Of a stretch of 64,000 bases of DNA, positions 26,106 through 41,806 are shown piece by piece; the first letter of the stretch is position 1, and every line of letters starts with the position of its first letter. Source of the stretch: Eledone cirrhosa (Eukaryota); assembly GCA_964016885.1 (NCBI GenBank), contig OZ024746.1, positions 41,850,001 through 41,914,000 of the forward strand. Reading direction: 5' to 3'. A program made the position numbers and the translations under genes. The notes under the pieces are model-generated. The model was not told where the DNA came from, searched no databases, and saw nothing but the letters and a program-made list of their open reading frames with translations.

Positions 26106-27759
26106 CAAAAAAGATCTATACCAGAAGTTGTACTCAGCACTGCATGCAAATGAAACAATTGTTAATTTTCCAGTTTTGTCGCTATTTCTTGCAATGTGGT
26201 TAACTACATCCTATCCTAGTCTCTGCTTGCAGTAAAAATTATTGGGATTTTAAGAATTAAGCTTGTGACATAGTGGCTAAGTTGTTAACTAAGCATAGTT
26301 TATAACAATGGGTACCCTTCAAAAAGTAAATTTTTGTGGATTCGAAATTAAAACATAGCACATATAACTAACTATACATGATTCATGAAAATATAAGTAT
26401 TGAAAGAAAAGAGAGTTTAAGAGTAGAAAAAACAGTTTCTAATTTGTGGAAATTATAGCAATATCATTGGTATGGGTGTGATAATGAGGATGATAATAAG
26501 ACAATGTTTTCCTGAGAAATCACTTCAGAAAGACTTAATATTTTTTGTATGGGTAAGTGTTATTTAACATCCAAGGATCACTAAACATTTTTTGAAAGAT
26601 TTGATGCTGATTACTGCAGCTAAATAATCATATGACTTAAACATATTTGATAAACATTGAATGAACATATTTGTCTTCTTAGCAGCAATATCTTGTATTT
26701 GATATTCATGACTGATCCAATTTATTTCTATCAATGATAAATATAAATTAATTGTTATATTGATTAACCTGTGGCTTTTGATGATATCATCAGTAGTATT
26801 CTATTCCTTATTCTCATGAAGATATTGTATGCGGTTTCTCCTTGAAGTATTTCAAGTTCTTTTGTAAAGGATTATAACAGCCTTGTCAGAACATAACTTC
26901 TCTTGTGGCAGTGCCACAATGAAATGCTCGCAGTACACTCTGTAAAGTAGTTGATGATTCAATAGAGACATTGTTGAGTAAAGAATACTCTTCAGCTAGT
27001 CAAAGACATGACAACCTCTTTCTAGTACATGTATGATAAAATGCCCCTAGTACAATCTACAAAGTGGCTGTTGTTAGAAAGAACATCAGTTTATAAAACC
27101 ATGTTTGAATTGGTATGTACGAGCATGATGTGGTCTTTCAAGCTATCTATGAAGGCAAAAGCTTTGCATAATAACTGGCTAAAATCATAACAGCACATGA
27201 AACCCATGCTAGTATAGAAAACCAATATAACAATGATTTTGATAATGATGAGGGTGTCATTGCGAGAGAACTTTTTCTTGAGAAATCACTTCATATAACA
27301 CAAGATTTGTTCTTTTTTATCAGGGGTAAGTGTTATTTAGCAGTTTCTTGAATCATTGAATTTATGATGTTTTATTGATGTTTGGGGAGTACTGTAGTAT
27401 CTATGGAGACAATTATTGTAGAGATTTGTTTGTTTCTTATCCTCTTTCCACATTGACAATTACTTGAGAGTCTTGTTAAGATCAAAAGATACATGGAATC
27501 CCTATCTTTTTAAGATAACTGAATCTTAAGATAAACAATCTATAATACTTTGTGTGAAATCCTTCCAATATTTCTCTCATATGCTCAGTACTTTTATTAT
27601 AAAAAGTATGTAAAGAAATGAAAAGTAATTATTTCCCTTTGTTGATTTCCCTTTCCCTTTACTTCATGCAAATCCTACTTTGTGTTATTTTTCATCATAG
27701 TATTGACCTCAAAAACATGCACCCTTGTAGCCAATAGTCATCATCATGATTATTCACCA

Positions 27760-27890
27760 AGGGCAGTGGATTGGCAGAATCGGTTGAGCATCAGACAAGC
27801 TTTACTACATAGAGTTATGGCCCTTTATGTTCATAGCTTTGACTTTCATCCTTACAGGGTTGATAAAATAAAATACCAGTAATGCACTAG
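27760..27890 (+). mobile_element. Old SINE family B copy; other decayed copies near 19535-19660, 28380-28530 and 28830-29040
   Basis: gtggattggcagaatcgg...ctttcatccttacagggttgataaaataaaataccag. Confidence 0.7.
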
Positions 27891-30527
27891 TGACACTAAA
27901 TCTTAAACCATTACTATTGATATCGTTGCTTTTGTTGTTATTATTTATTCCTTACCCAGAGAGGTTTGCTGCTTGTTTAGGACAAGCTTTTCAGGCATGG
28001 TAATCATCTTCACTGGATGTAGATGTAGCTGAAATCTGGTGAGAAGGATAAAGCCATCCTGCATATACTGTCCAACATCTAGGGATCTCTGATTTGTAGA
28101 GTTATATTGAATGGCTCTTCCTTTTTTCATCAACGCTACTTTATCTCACTCTCTAGACCTTTCCTCTAAACACTGCATGCATCCAATTATTCCTTTCTAG
28201 AGAAGAGATGTAACCTTTCAAATTCATATAGTTTCCCACAGGGATCAACCAACAGAAACTTAAACTGAACATGAATTGAGCTCTTTGGGAACCTACAAGG
28301 GCCAAGGGCATTGACATGTTAAAAACAAAGTTAAAAACAGTTAAAAATCAGTTAAAAACAAAGATTGGATTTGTAAATAGGGTGATGAATTGGCAGAGTT
28401 ATTTGAGCAGCAAATAGGGTGTCATTCAGTTTTTGTTCTGGATCTCAGTTGAGTTCTTCTAACTCTACTGAAGTTAACTTCACCTTTCATTCTTTTTAAG
28501 GATCAATAACTAAAGTACCAATCTAATATGGTAGATTGCTAGAATTATCTGACCATTAGATAAGATGCATAGCAGTTTGCATTTTGAGGTCAGATTCTGC
28601 CAAGTTGTTAATCATCTGATCACAAAGGCATCTCACCCAACTTAAAATTGGCCAGTATGTAAGACAGGTAGATCTAAAAGCTGTATAGTCGCAGACTTTA
28701 TCTAGCATTTGATTGAAAATGGCTGGATAGAAGAAAATATGTATTCTTTGTTTATAAACATAAGTAGGTTAAATATTAATAGAAATGTGTTCAGAATAAG
28801 GTACTCTATATTATATTAATACATAAGTGGAAAATTAGCAGAATCATTAGAGCATGAGACCAAATGGCCTTCAGTATATGTTCTAGCTTCTTGCATTCCA
28901 GGTTTTAATCCAGCTGAGGTCAACTTTGCCTTATATCCTTTGGGTGTTGATAAAATAACTACTAATAAAATACTGAGGTTAACCAACTATTCCCTTCCCA
29001 CAAAATTGCTGGCCCTAAGCCTAAATTAGAAACCATTATTTTATTACAGCTCTTTGATAGAATATGAGTAGTAAATCAAATCCTTCTGTGGGTCACTTGT
29101 ATGGTGAATTTAAGTGGTTACCTGGTTTAACACCACTACAAATTCTTTCAGCGCCTTTAGTGGAGTCATCTCTGTTGCAATCATTTGGGGAAGGTTTTTC
29201 TTTGAGGATACTTTCCCCCTCCACGATCTCACTTGAAGATCCTGTAAAGAATCACTAGCTCTGTTCTTCCTCACTAAATGATGAAATATAAAGAAACAAA
29301 AAACAATCAGCTGAGAGAATATGAAAGATTGCTATCCAAACCTTTCATAACTGAATATTTATCAGAAAATAGCATGAACACTTTCCTTAATGATGAATAA
29401 TGTGTTCATAGTCTTGCATATAATGTTTCTTTTTTCTTTCTATATTAAAGACTTACCAACAATCGCCGTAGATGCAACTTCAATTTTGAGCTGCAGATTT
29501 AACAACAAACCATCCTTCATATATGCATTTTTATTGATCTCTAGCTGATTGATGCTTTCAAATATTACACCATGTTTTAAACAATTCTACAACTTCTATA
29601 GCCTTGAGAATCAATCACATCAGTCATGATCCTTTGATACATACTGAATTCAAATCTATAGACTTCACTTCAATACTGTCTTGCTTTGTTGAATTTAAGC
29701 AGTTGTAGCACTTTTAAACATTCTTCATTCATTCATAAAACCATTTCATATAACATAATATACAAAGGGGGATTGAAAGAGCTTTGAATCTTGGTGGATA
29801 GCTATTGTAATAATTGCTCTTCATAAATACAGCCAAACAACCTCAAGGGAATAGTGTTTGGTGCCATGAAGGGTATCAAACAATAAAATATAATCCAAGA
29901 CTAAAAGGCGTATGAAGCTTTGCATTGTACAACTATGAAGCCCCTAACAATTCTATTATAATGGGATACATTTAGATTTTATCTGTTATATCAGTGATCT
30001 GAGTTGCTGTTTGTTCTCTAGCTTTCCCTTGATCTCAAGCTGGCCATTCAACTGCAATAGTCATAAATCTCATCCTCTTTGTTGCTTGGTTGATCTTGCA
30101 GCTCCTATTCATTTATCTCTATTAAAATGCATTTTCAGTGATAAGTTGTATTTGACATGCCTAACAATTTAATACACTAGGGATTTCAAATATTTCATAA
30201 TACTGTTAGTGAATCAGATTTCTTGTATTATTAGTACACTGCTTTTTTTGCAGTTCACTTCTGATTAGTTTCTTCAAATTCTAATAGATTTTATTTGTAT
30301 CAGTTAGTATTTCTCATGCTGTTGTTGTACGATTGTGTAATTTTAATTATTGGACAGATGGTATTTCTTTTGTTTCTGTCTCGTGATCACCATGATTAAG
30401 TTACTAGATTTATTTTTCTTTCTTTCGTATTGGGAAGATCCATTTCTGCCTTCAGATATTGAGAGTTGAAATCAGTAGTAATATGGCTATTTATATTTTG
30501 TTTCATGTTTCTTTTTTTCTTCTTCTA

Positions 30528-31373
<846 letters not shown>

Positions 31374-32183
31374 ATCATCATCATCATCATCACCGTTTTA
31401 CGTCCGTTCTTCCACGCTACCATGGGTTAGACGGGTTGTTCTGTTGTGGGCAGTGTCTGGTCGGCTGACCATGCCTTGCTCATACAGGAACTGATCTGGC
31501 TTGATTTCTACAGCTGGATGCCCTTCCTAACGCCAACCTCATTTGCAGTGAGTGCTGGGTGCTTTTTCGTGGCGCCTACATGTCCACTTTACAGTGTGGG
31601 CTGGGTGCCGTGGCACCTCCACGACCACCTTGCGGTGGGGGGAGTGGGGGCATATTGTTTATATGGGAGGTCGGGTACCCTGTATTACTGAGTGACGCCA
31701 GAAGTCACGGTCGTGTGTCATTGTCTTTGAGAGGTGTAGTTGGGTAAGGTCGGCTTTTATCACCTCATCCCAAGTCATCTTGGGTCTCCCCACTCCGCGG
31801 TTTCCATCAACTTCTAGTGCTCTGCACCTTTTTATGCAGCTGTCATCCTTCATACGCATCACATGTCCATACCAGCGTAACCGCCTCTCCTGCATGCAGC
31901 ATTTGATTTCTCTTATGCTCAGTCTCTCTCTCAATTCCTTTATGCTTTGTCGTTCACGTATATTACTGTTACACATCCATCGGAGCATGCAGGCTTCGTT
32001 TCTCTCTAATCTACGTAAGTCTTCCACCTTCAGCGCCCAGGTCTCACTACCATGCAACATTGCTGTTCGGATACACGCATCATACAGTCTGCCTTTCATT
32101 CTGAGGGAGAAGCCTTTTGCAGCTAGCAGTGGTAGTAGTTCCCTAAACTTCTTCCATCCCGTTCTTACCCTAGTTATTGTATT

Positions 32184-32189
<6 letters not shown>
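31374..32189 (-). mobile_element. 5'-truncated RTE LINE with (ATG)n tail
   Basis: [16 protein letters not shown]...MLHGSETW...[11 protein letters not shown]...GRPKMTW; 3' UTR shared with SINE A. Confidence 0.92.
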
Positions 32190-32680
<491 letters not shown>

Positions 32681-32917
32681 TATTTAGAAACACACAGATA
32701 CATGCGGACACACACATATATACATGAATGCATCCGCACCCAACTGTGAGTTAAGGGTGCCAACTTCACCGATGTTGCTCAATGAATGACTGGGACAGAC
32801 CAATTCAGTTTGAACTAGACTGAACCAGTATCAGAGTTAAAAATACATTATGAAGAGAGAAGAAACATTTAGATATAATTAGTAATAAAATGTATCATAC
32901 CCAAACTGTTCCTAAAT

Positions 32918-33005
32918 TCCTCGACTACGTAGTTTCGTGGCATAAACAAAAACAATATATCAAAGATATAGAGTCCTTGCGAGGTCTGCCGACTTATCAA
33001 GAGGA
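32918..33005 (-). ncRNA. Type I hammerhead ribozyme (U3-A8 variant), inverted copy
   Basis: Reverse complement of 33179-33266. Confidence 0.82.
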
Positions 33006-33178
33006 TACCTCATTTTACTAGTCTCAAGAACGCGTCTACACGACGTGAGAAAGAATCCCAAAAGGTGGAGGGGGAGATAGTCACGCGATATAACGGTCGA
33101 GAAACAGAGCTAAGCCTCTTATAACCACGAAGAAAATACCACGTGTAGACGCGTTCTTGAGACTAGTAAAATGAGGTA

Positions 33179-33266
33179 TCCTCTTGATAAGTCGGCAGAC
33201 CTCGCAAGGACTCTATATCTTTGATATATTGTTTTTGTTTATGCCACGAAACTACGTAGTCGAGGA
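33179..33266 (+). ncRNA. Type I hammerhead ribozyme (U3-A8 variant), copy 1
   Basis: TCCTC-TTGATAA-GT(C)GGCA...TGCCAC-GAA-ACTACGTAGT-C-GAGGA; GUC triplet ends at 33261. Confidence 0.85.
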
Positions 33267-33769
33267 ATTTAGGAACAGTTTGGGTATGATACATTTTATT
33301 ACTAATTATATCTAAATGTTTCTTCTCTCTTCATAATGTATTTTTAACTCTGATACTGGTTCAGTCTAGTTCAAACTGAATTGGTCTGTCCCAGTCATTC
33401 ATTGAGCAACATCGGTGAAGTTGGCACCCTTAACTCACAGTTGGGTGCGGATGCATTCATGTATATATGTGTGTGTCCGCATGTATCTGTGTGTTTCTAA
33501 ATATATTAATAACTCCCTCTGGTCGAGCAATCTTTGAAGTGTGGGGACAACTGGAAAGCTTCCATTACTCATACTTCTCGCCTTCTTCACTACCTCTTCT
33601 GCGGCCTCGATATGAATACCCCCTCCGCCTCCGTGGTATTTTCTTCGTGGTTATAAGAGGCTTAGCTCTGTTTCTCGACCGTTATATCGCGTGACTATCT
33701 CCCCCTCCGCCTTTTGGGATTCTTTCTCACGTCGTGTAGACGCGTTCTTGAGACTAGTAAAATGAGGTA

Positions 33770-33857
33770 TCCTCTTGATAAGTCGGCAGACCTCGCAAGG
33801 ACTCTATATCTTTGATATATTGTTTTTGTTTATGCCACGAAACTACGTAGTCGAGGA
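33770..33857 (+). ncRNA. Type I hammerhead ribozyme (U3-A8 variant), copy 2
   Basis: Identical to copy 1; GUC triplet ends at 33852. Confidence 0.85.
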
Positions 33858-33939
33858 ATTTAGGAACAGTTTGGGTATGATACATTTTATTACTAATTAT
33901 ATCTAAATGTTTCTTCTCTCTTCATAATGTATATGTATA

Positions 33940-33972
<33 letters not shown>

Positions 33973-33973
33973 G

Positions 33974-36009
33974 TTTAGTGCTCTGTGTGGAGAGTCAAAG
34001 GAGAGAGAGATTGGATGGACTGAGGAGAGTGTGACGAGGAGGTACGGGCACTTCACCAATGCAGTGGCGAAAGCAAGTGAAACCCTGGTGCCAAGGGTAA
34101 AAGAACAAAGGGAAGCACGTCAGCTCTGCAAACCCAAAAGTGTGTGCAGCCAGAGAACACCTGAAAGCTGCCAGGGACCAATTCTATGCTGATCCTACGG
34201 AGGAGAGGATGGAGACTGTGGAGGTGATGAGGGAAGAGCTCTGTACCGCTTACACTGAGGTCAGAGAGGAGGCACTGATAGAGAAGATAGTTGACAGATC
34301 TGGATGTAAGGAGAGCTGGATGATCATCAACGAGATCACAGGGAGGAAGAAAATGTGTTCGAGTCAGATCCAGGGAACGGGGCCCGAGGATAGGAAGAGG
34401 AAATGGCTAGACCATTTTAGGACCCTACTAGGAGAGCCACCCTCCACAGCCCAGAGCACTGGGGAGATCAGGCGGCTGTTTGAGGAACTGGATGTTGAGA
34501 CAGAGCCCTTCACCAGAGAGGAGCTTCAGAGAGCCAAGAAGAAGATCAAGGAGGGCAAGGCTCATGGAGAAGATGGAGTGGCATCAGAGGTGATGAAGAG
34601 GTGTGATTTTGATGATATCATCTTGGGGTTCTGTAACGGGGCACTGGAGAAAGGAGTTGCCCCGAATCAGTGGAGGATCAGTAACATCGTCCCAGTGCCA
34701 AAGAAGGGAGATCTCTCTAACACCAACAACTACTGGGGGATCTCACTGACGTCACTTGTGGCAAAGACCCTCAACAGGATGATTCTTAACAGGATCCAGC
34801 CTGAGATGGAGAAGAAGCTCAGGGACAACCAGAACGGCTTCAGAGAGGGTAGATCAACCACCAGTCCCATCCTGATGCTGAGGGAGCTAGAGCAAAGCGC
34901 CTTCCTGCGGTCATGGTTTTCATTGACTTTAGGAAGGCCTTTGATTCTGTGGACCGTTACTGCCTGATGAAGATCTTACAGGCTTATGGAATCCCCAAGA
35001 GGATAGTGGACCTGATATCACTGCTCTACACCAACACCAAAGCCCAAGTCATTACACCTGATGGGATGACAGAGTTCTTTGAGATACTGGCTGGAGTGCT
35101 CCAGGGAGATACATTGGCTCCCTACCTTTTTATCATCGTAGTGGACTATTGTATGCGCCTTGCACTGGAGAAACACCAGGACACTGGCTTTACTGTAGCA
35201 CCGGCTCAGAGCAGGAGAGTTGGGGCGAAAAAGGTATCGGATGCTGAATTTGCCGACGACATAGTTTTGGTGACAAATACAGTGAAGGAGGCAGAGGATT
35301 TGATGCGGGAGGTTGAGACTGTGTCGATGAGTGTGGGGCTGAGAATGAATGAGACTAAAACAAAATATCTGGTAGAGAATGTTGAGAAGCCAGAGGGGAT
35401 CACTAATGTAGGCGGGAAGCCGCTGGAATTGGTTGAGGACTTCCTGTATTTGGGAGCAAAGATTGGGAATGCGGAAGATGATGTGGTTGAGAGGAAGAGC
35501 AAGGCCTGGGCGGCGTGTCATAGCTTGAGATCGGTGTGGAAGTCGGACCTTCGTAGAGACCTGAAAATCCGCCTCTTCATTGCTGTAGTGGAGTCTGTGC
35601 TGCTGTATGGGTCTGAGACTTGGACACTGACCAAGAGACTCACTCAGATGGTGGATGGGTGCTACACGAGAATGCTGAGGATGGCTCTGAACATTAATCA
35701 GTATACACTGAGGATGAAAAACTCAGAGCTGTATGGGAGCATCCCAAAAGTCAGCTCAAAAGTGACACAGAGGAGACTGAGGTTGGCTGGACATGCTCAC
35801 CGACATCCAGAGTTGACATTGCACTCAGTGCTCCTTTGGGAGCCCCTACATGGACACACTAGAAGAGGAAGACCAAGGTTAACATATGTTGATGCCCTAA
35901 GGACGGACACTGGTCTGTTGGAGATGCAGGATATGGCAGCGATAATGAGGGACAGAGACCGCTGGAGAGAACTCGTCCATTGATCTCGGGAATTTTACCC
36001 GCCTTAGAC
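33974..36009 (+). mobile_element. 5'-truncated RTEX-like LINE with frameshifted RT
   Basis: ORFs 34140-34967 and 34913-35983: NQNGFREGRST, FIDFRKAFDSV, GVLQGDTLAPYLF, FADDI, RRLRLAGH...LLWEP...RGRP; (TA)n on both sides. Confidence 0.9.
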
Positions 36010-36405
<396 letters not shown>

Positions 36406-37896
36406 ATAGTAATAATAATAAATTTGAAGACTAAAATCCAAAGAGGGCTCGATAAGGATAGATATATATCAAATATATAAGAACCGTAGAGCAAATATTT
36501 ATTAAAATAACAGATTAAAGTTTAAGCAAAGAATCGCTGCTTTCACCCTTAACGGGATCTTCTGAAACTAACAAAGTCAATCTGTAAACGCAGAACTGGA
36601 TATTTTAAAAAACGTTGCAACTGGAGGAAGACAGGAAGATGATACTTTGGTTAGTGGTAACGTTCGCTGGCAAAGAACGGGAAAAAACGAATAATAGGTC
36701 ATTAATAGGAGCGGTGAAAAACAATTACGCGCAAAGACAGAACCACGTTTATGGTATAAAAGAGGTCGTAGACTAATGTTCTCTTAGGTGGTGCATAGAG
36801 AAAACGAAGATAATAAGTCATATGTGGAGCGTGGAGAACAATAGCGCGCAAATACAAAACCACGTAAATGGTATAGCAGAAGTCGTAGACTAAAATTCTA
36901 ACTAGGAGACTATAGCAGAGATACTGGGTTGTATGAATGTAACAAGGAATACATTGTTGGTGTAGATAATATTTAATTAACAATGGTAGATAGTATAGTT
37001 GACATGTCAAAGATGAGGATGGTAGAATGAAGCAAAGTTAGTAGTTACCGTTTTGATTGCCAGGCAATGGTGGCTGGCAGAGGACGCCTGGCTAAGGCGA
37101 GGCGCCTGTTGGCCAAATGAATGGCAGAGCCCAATGAGAGGCTCTTGACCTGGTGCCGAAAAGGCAATGAGAGAATGAGAACTTAAAGTTGTTAGTTTTA
37201 TAGGGTTCTGACCGGAAGTTGCAGAAAGGGTTCTACTTCCCGTCTAGATCCAAACAAGGGAGACAACCGCTACAAGACCAAATGAATCTCCGCTACAGAG
37301 TTAAGAACAAAGTAAATAAATACAATACAGAAGTAATAGAAATAAATAAATACATACACGCAAACAAATACGTACATACACAAGCATACGCAAAACCTTA
37401 CCATAGGTATACAAAACCACGAACATATAAATATGTGTGTGTGTATGCGTGTATACAAATAAATAATTACATAAACGTAGTCTACGACTTCTGCTATATC
37501 ATTTACGTGGTTTTGTATTTGCGCGCTATTGTTCTCTAAGATCCACATTGACGTATTATCCTCGTTTTTTCGTTCATTGCCAGAGAACGTCTCTATGCAC
37601 CACCTAAGAGAACATTAGTCTACGACCTCTTTTATACCATAAACGTGGTTCTGTCTTTGCGCGTAATTGTTTTTCACCGCTCCTATTAATGACGTATTAT
37701 TCGTTTTTTCCCGTTCTTTGCCAGCGAACGTTACCAGGAACCAAAGTATCGTATTCCTGTCTTCCTCCGGTTGCAACGTTTTTTGAAATATCCAGTTCTG
37801 CGTTTACAGATTGACTTTGTTAGTTTCAGAAGATCCCGTTAAGGGTGAAAGCAGCGATTCTTTGCTTAAACTTTAATCTGTTATTTTAATAAATAT
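36406..37896 (-). mobile_element. Non-coding fold-back element with about 400-bp imperfect inverted arms, probably a PLE 3' end plus inverted copy
   Basis: 36495-36892 is inverted relative to 37478-37896; each arm has two internal subrepeats and a CAGAAGATCCCGTTAAGGGTGAAAGC...AATAAA end. Confidence 0.7.
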
Positions 37897-37979
37897 ATGT
37901 ATATATATATGTGTATATATATAATATTATAATGAAATGACAGGAGGCTGGATTTGTGTAAATCCTTGAAAGGTTTATT

Positions 37980-38037
37980 ATACTATGATCATTTCAATGA
38001 CCGGGTTCCGTATGAATCCGGTGATATCATCAGGTAT
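37980..38037 (-). ncRNA. Minimal type I hammerhead ribozyme
   Basis: ATAC-CTGATGA-T-ATCACCGG...CCGGTCAT-T-GAA-ATGATCAT-A-GTAT, followed by AATAAA. Confidence 0.75.
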
Positions 38038-38426
38038 TCGAAATATAATACGTGAATGTAATAGATAAAATCCATGGGGCTGAAAATCGAGGACCCGAGG
38101 GCGACCGCTACTCTGTTCCTTCAATCTCAGCCGGTCGCCCTGAAGTGACGTGGCTAAAGTTTATAGTATGCTACTACCGGTCAGATAAACGAAAACAGAA
38201 AGGGATGGGAACATAAGTTAACGTCGATCTCATGACACAAGGTAAAATAAAGAAAGAAAGGAAGGAGAGAGAAGAAGGGGGAAGAAAGAAGAAGAGAAGC
38301 CAGGGTTAATGTCAGCTAAAAGAAGAAAGGCAACTACTACCGGTCAGATATAGGCAAGCAAGAGGGGGAAGGAAGATAAGTCTGCGGAAGGAAGACAGGA
38401 AGAGGGGAGAAGAGAAGGAAGAGAAG

Positions 38427-39437
38427 AGAGAAGTAGAAAAGTAAGGGTTGATGGCTACAAGAAGGAAGATAGAAAGAAAGAGGAAGAAAGGTCGATATTA
38501 ATGTCAGACCACAGTCAAGCCAGGAGTGGCGCGAGAAAATTTTCACAGGGACCCGCATCTTAGCAGAGGTGAATATGTTGGGAGTCAGTGTGTTGCAGTG
38601 TTTAGACTTCTAGGATGAAGTTAAAAAAATTAATAATCAATATTCAATATTAAAGAGGTTAGAAAATTTAAAGTTCAACAGTTTAACATTTTATTATATA
38701 ATAGTTCCGATTTGTTCTGTAATTTAAAGGTACTATGTGGCGGTTAAAACACCGGCCGCGCCCCGGGCCCCATGGCGAATTAAGCTACGCCGAGTATTTT
38801 CATTTACTGAAAGAAGGGGAAATTTATTTTTCCAAGCACTCCAGGTGAGCTCGTTCGCCAGGGAGCTGGTCGCGCCGCCATTAAAACCCACCCAACAGTC
38901 CGACAGAAAGTTGGAACTTTAAAATTTTGCTTAGAGAAGTAAAAGAGTAATGGTTGATAGCTACAAGAAGCAAGATAGAAAGAGAGAGGAAAGAAGGTCG
39001 ATATTAATGTCACACCACAGTCGGGCCCGGAGTGACGCGACAAAATTTTCACAGGGACCCCCATCTTAGCAGAGGTGAATATATTGGGGGTCAGTGTGTT
39101 ACAATGTTTAGACTTATAGGATGAAGTTAAAAAATTAATAATCAATATTCCATATTAAAGAGGTTAGAAAATTTAAAGCTCAACAGTTTCAGGTTAATAT
39201 ATCTGATAGTTCCGATTTGTTCTGTAATTTAAAGGTACCATTTGGCGGTTAAAACACCGGCCGCGCCCCGGGCCCCATGGCGAATTAAGCCACGCCGAGT
39301 ATTTTCATTTACCGAAAGAAGGGGAAATTTATTTTTCCAAGCACTCCAGGTGAGCTCGTTCGCCAGGGAGCTGGTCGCACCACCGCTAAAACCCACCCAA
39401 CGGTGCGACAGAAAGTTGGAACTTTAGAATTTTGCTT
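38427..39437. repeat. Two diverged tandem copies of a roughly 505-bp unit with a GC-rich self-complementary core
   Basis: Matching segments offset by 505 (38737 vs 39242). Confidence 0.9.
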
Positions 39438-40133
39438 AACTCTATCGGATAAAGTTGAAAGAATTCAGAATAACATTATAAAACTAAGGAGTAAGAAGAT
39501 TGAGAATTGAACAAACAGAAAATTGAAGATTAAACATTCAAATAACTTCTATGAGGTTTTGGGTTGCGGGGTTTAATTAAATAGTGTCTTTTATGAAGAA
39601 ACGTTAATTGTATTATGTAGATCTATAATTTATCCTAGTGGGATGTAGAGTACGGGATATAGTCGTGTAATGTTTAATTTTTGTTCTCAGGAGGAGACAT
39701 TCTAGTGTCGTGTGCTAATGGGTACAGGTCCCAATGTGAGGAGTAGAAATACATGGATACATAGAAGTGGAATACGTGGAAGAGCACATTGGTACAGCAG
39801 AGGTATAAATATATAAACATATCAATATATAGGTATAAACATGTAAATAAACCAACAAGAGTGGTGTTGGAGTAAGATGGATAAATCAAGACATAGGAGA
39901 ATTACAATATAGTTCAGGTTGCAGTATTTATGTTCCCGGGGGGGGGGGGGGGGGCAATCCTGTGTCGTGTGCTAAGGGTGCACGCGAGTAAAAGTCCGAA
40001 TAAGGGGAGTAAAAAGTACATGGATGTATAGAGGTAGAGTACGTGGAAAGGCATTAATACAGCAAACAAAGATGTGAAGATATAGATAAACAAACAATAG
40101 TCGTTGTCTAGTAAATGTAGAGTTCAAGACACA

Positions 40134-40903
<770 letters not shown>

Positions 40904-41760
40904 AACGCTTGCATGGGTTTGGACGGGAGTTTTCCCACTTGAGGCAAGAGTGGTTGTCTTGCTCGCACAGGACTGTCTGGCGGGTTTTCTACGGCTGGAT
41001 GTTCTTCCTAACACCAACAACATTTACAGTGTGGAACTGGGAGGTTTTTACCGTGTTACCTACACGGCCACATTACAGCGTGGACTGTGTGTTTTTTGTC
41101 GTGACATCGACACGACCTCATTTATTTCGGGCTGGATGTTGTGACACCAACATAACTTTACATTGAAAGGGGTGGTGTAGATGGGGTGTGGGTAGTGGAA
41201 CGGGGGTGTATTTTGTTAGAGGTGTCTACTGACTGTAGTAGGTTTCACTTTGTACTTAGGTAGGTCGGGCCTTCTCTATTACTTTGTAGCGCCTAAGCTC
41301 TCCGTCCAGTGACATTGTCTTGGAGAGGTGTAAGTGTGTGAGGTCGGAGTTTATCAGCTCATCCCAGGTTTTTCTGGGTCTGCCTACTCCGTGGCTACCG
41401 TCTATCTTTATTGCCCTGCACTTTGTTATACAGCTATCGACTTTCATGCGCATCACGTGTCCATACCAACGTAGCCTTCTCTCGAGTAAACAACATCTGA
41501 TTCCTCTTATTTCTAATTTCTCCCTTAGTTCGTTTATGCTTTGCCGTTCACGTATATTCCTATTACACATCCAGCGGAGCATGCAAGCTTCGTTTCTCTC
41601 CAGTCTGCGTATATCCTCTGCACACAATGACCAGGTCTCACTGCCATGCAACATTGCTGTTCGTATGCAGGCATCATTCAGCCTGCCTTTCATTTAGATA
41701 TACATATGTATATATATATATGTATATATATGTATATATATGTATATATATGTATATCTA

Positions 41761-41806
<46 letters not shown>

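Noticed and set aside
27950-29900. Further very old LINE remnants
   Set aside because: Only faint motif hints; too degraded to assign boundaries or family by eye.
38495-38580. Twister or HDV-like ribozyme in the 505-bp unit
   Set aside because: Partial motifs (TAATG...GCAGAG) but the required loop and pseudoknot pairings could not be fitted.
38737-39427. Duplicated 61-aa ORFs (MAVKTPAAPRAPW...)
   Set aside because: GTG/TTG starts in eukaryotic context; explained by the GC-rich tandem repeat.
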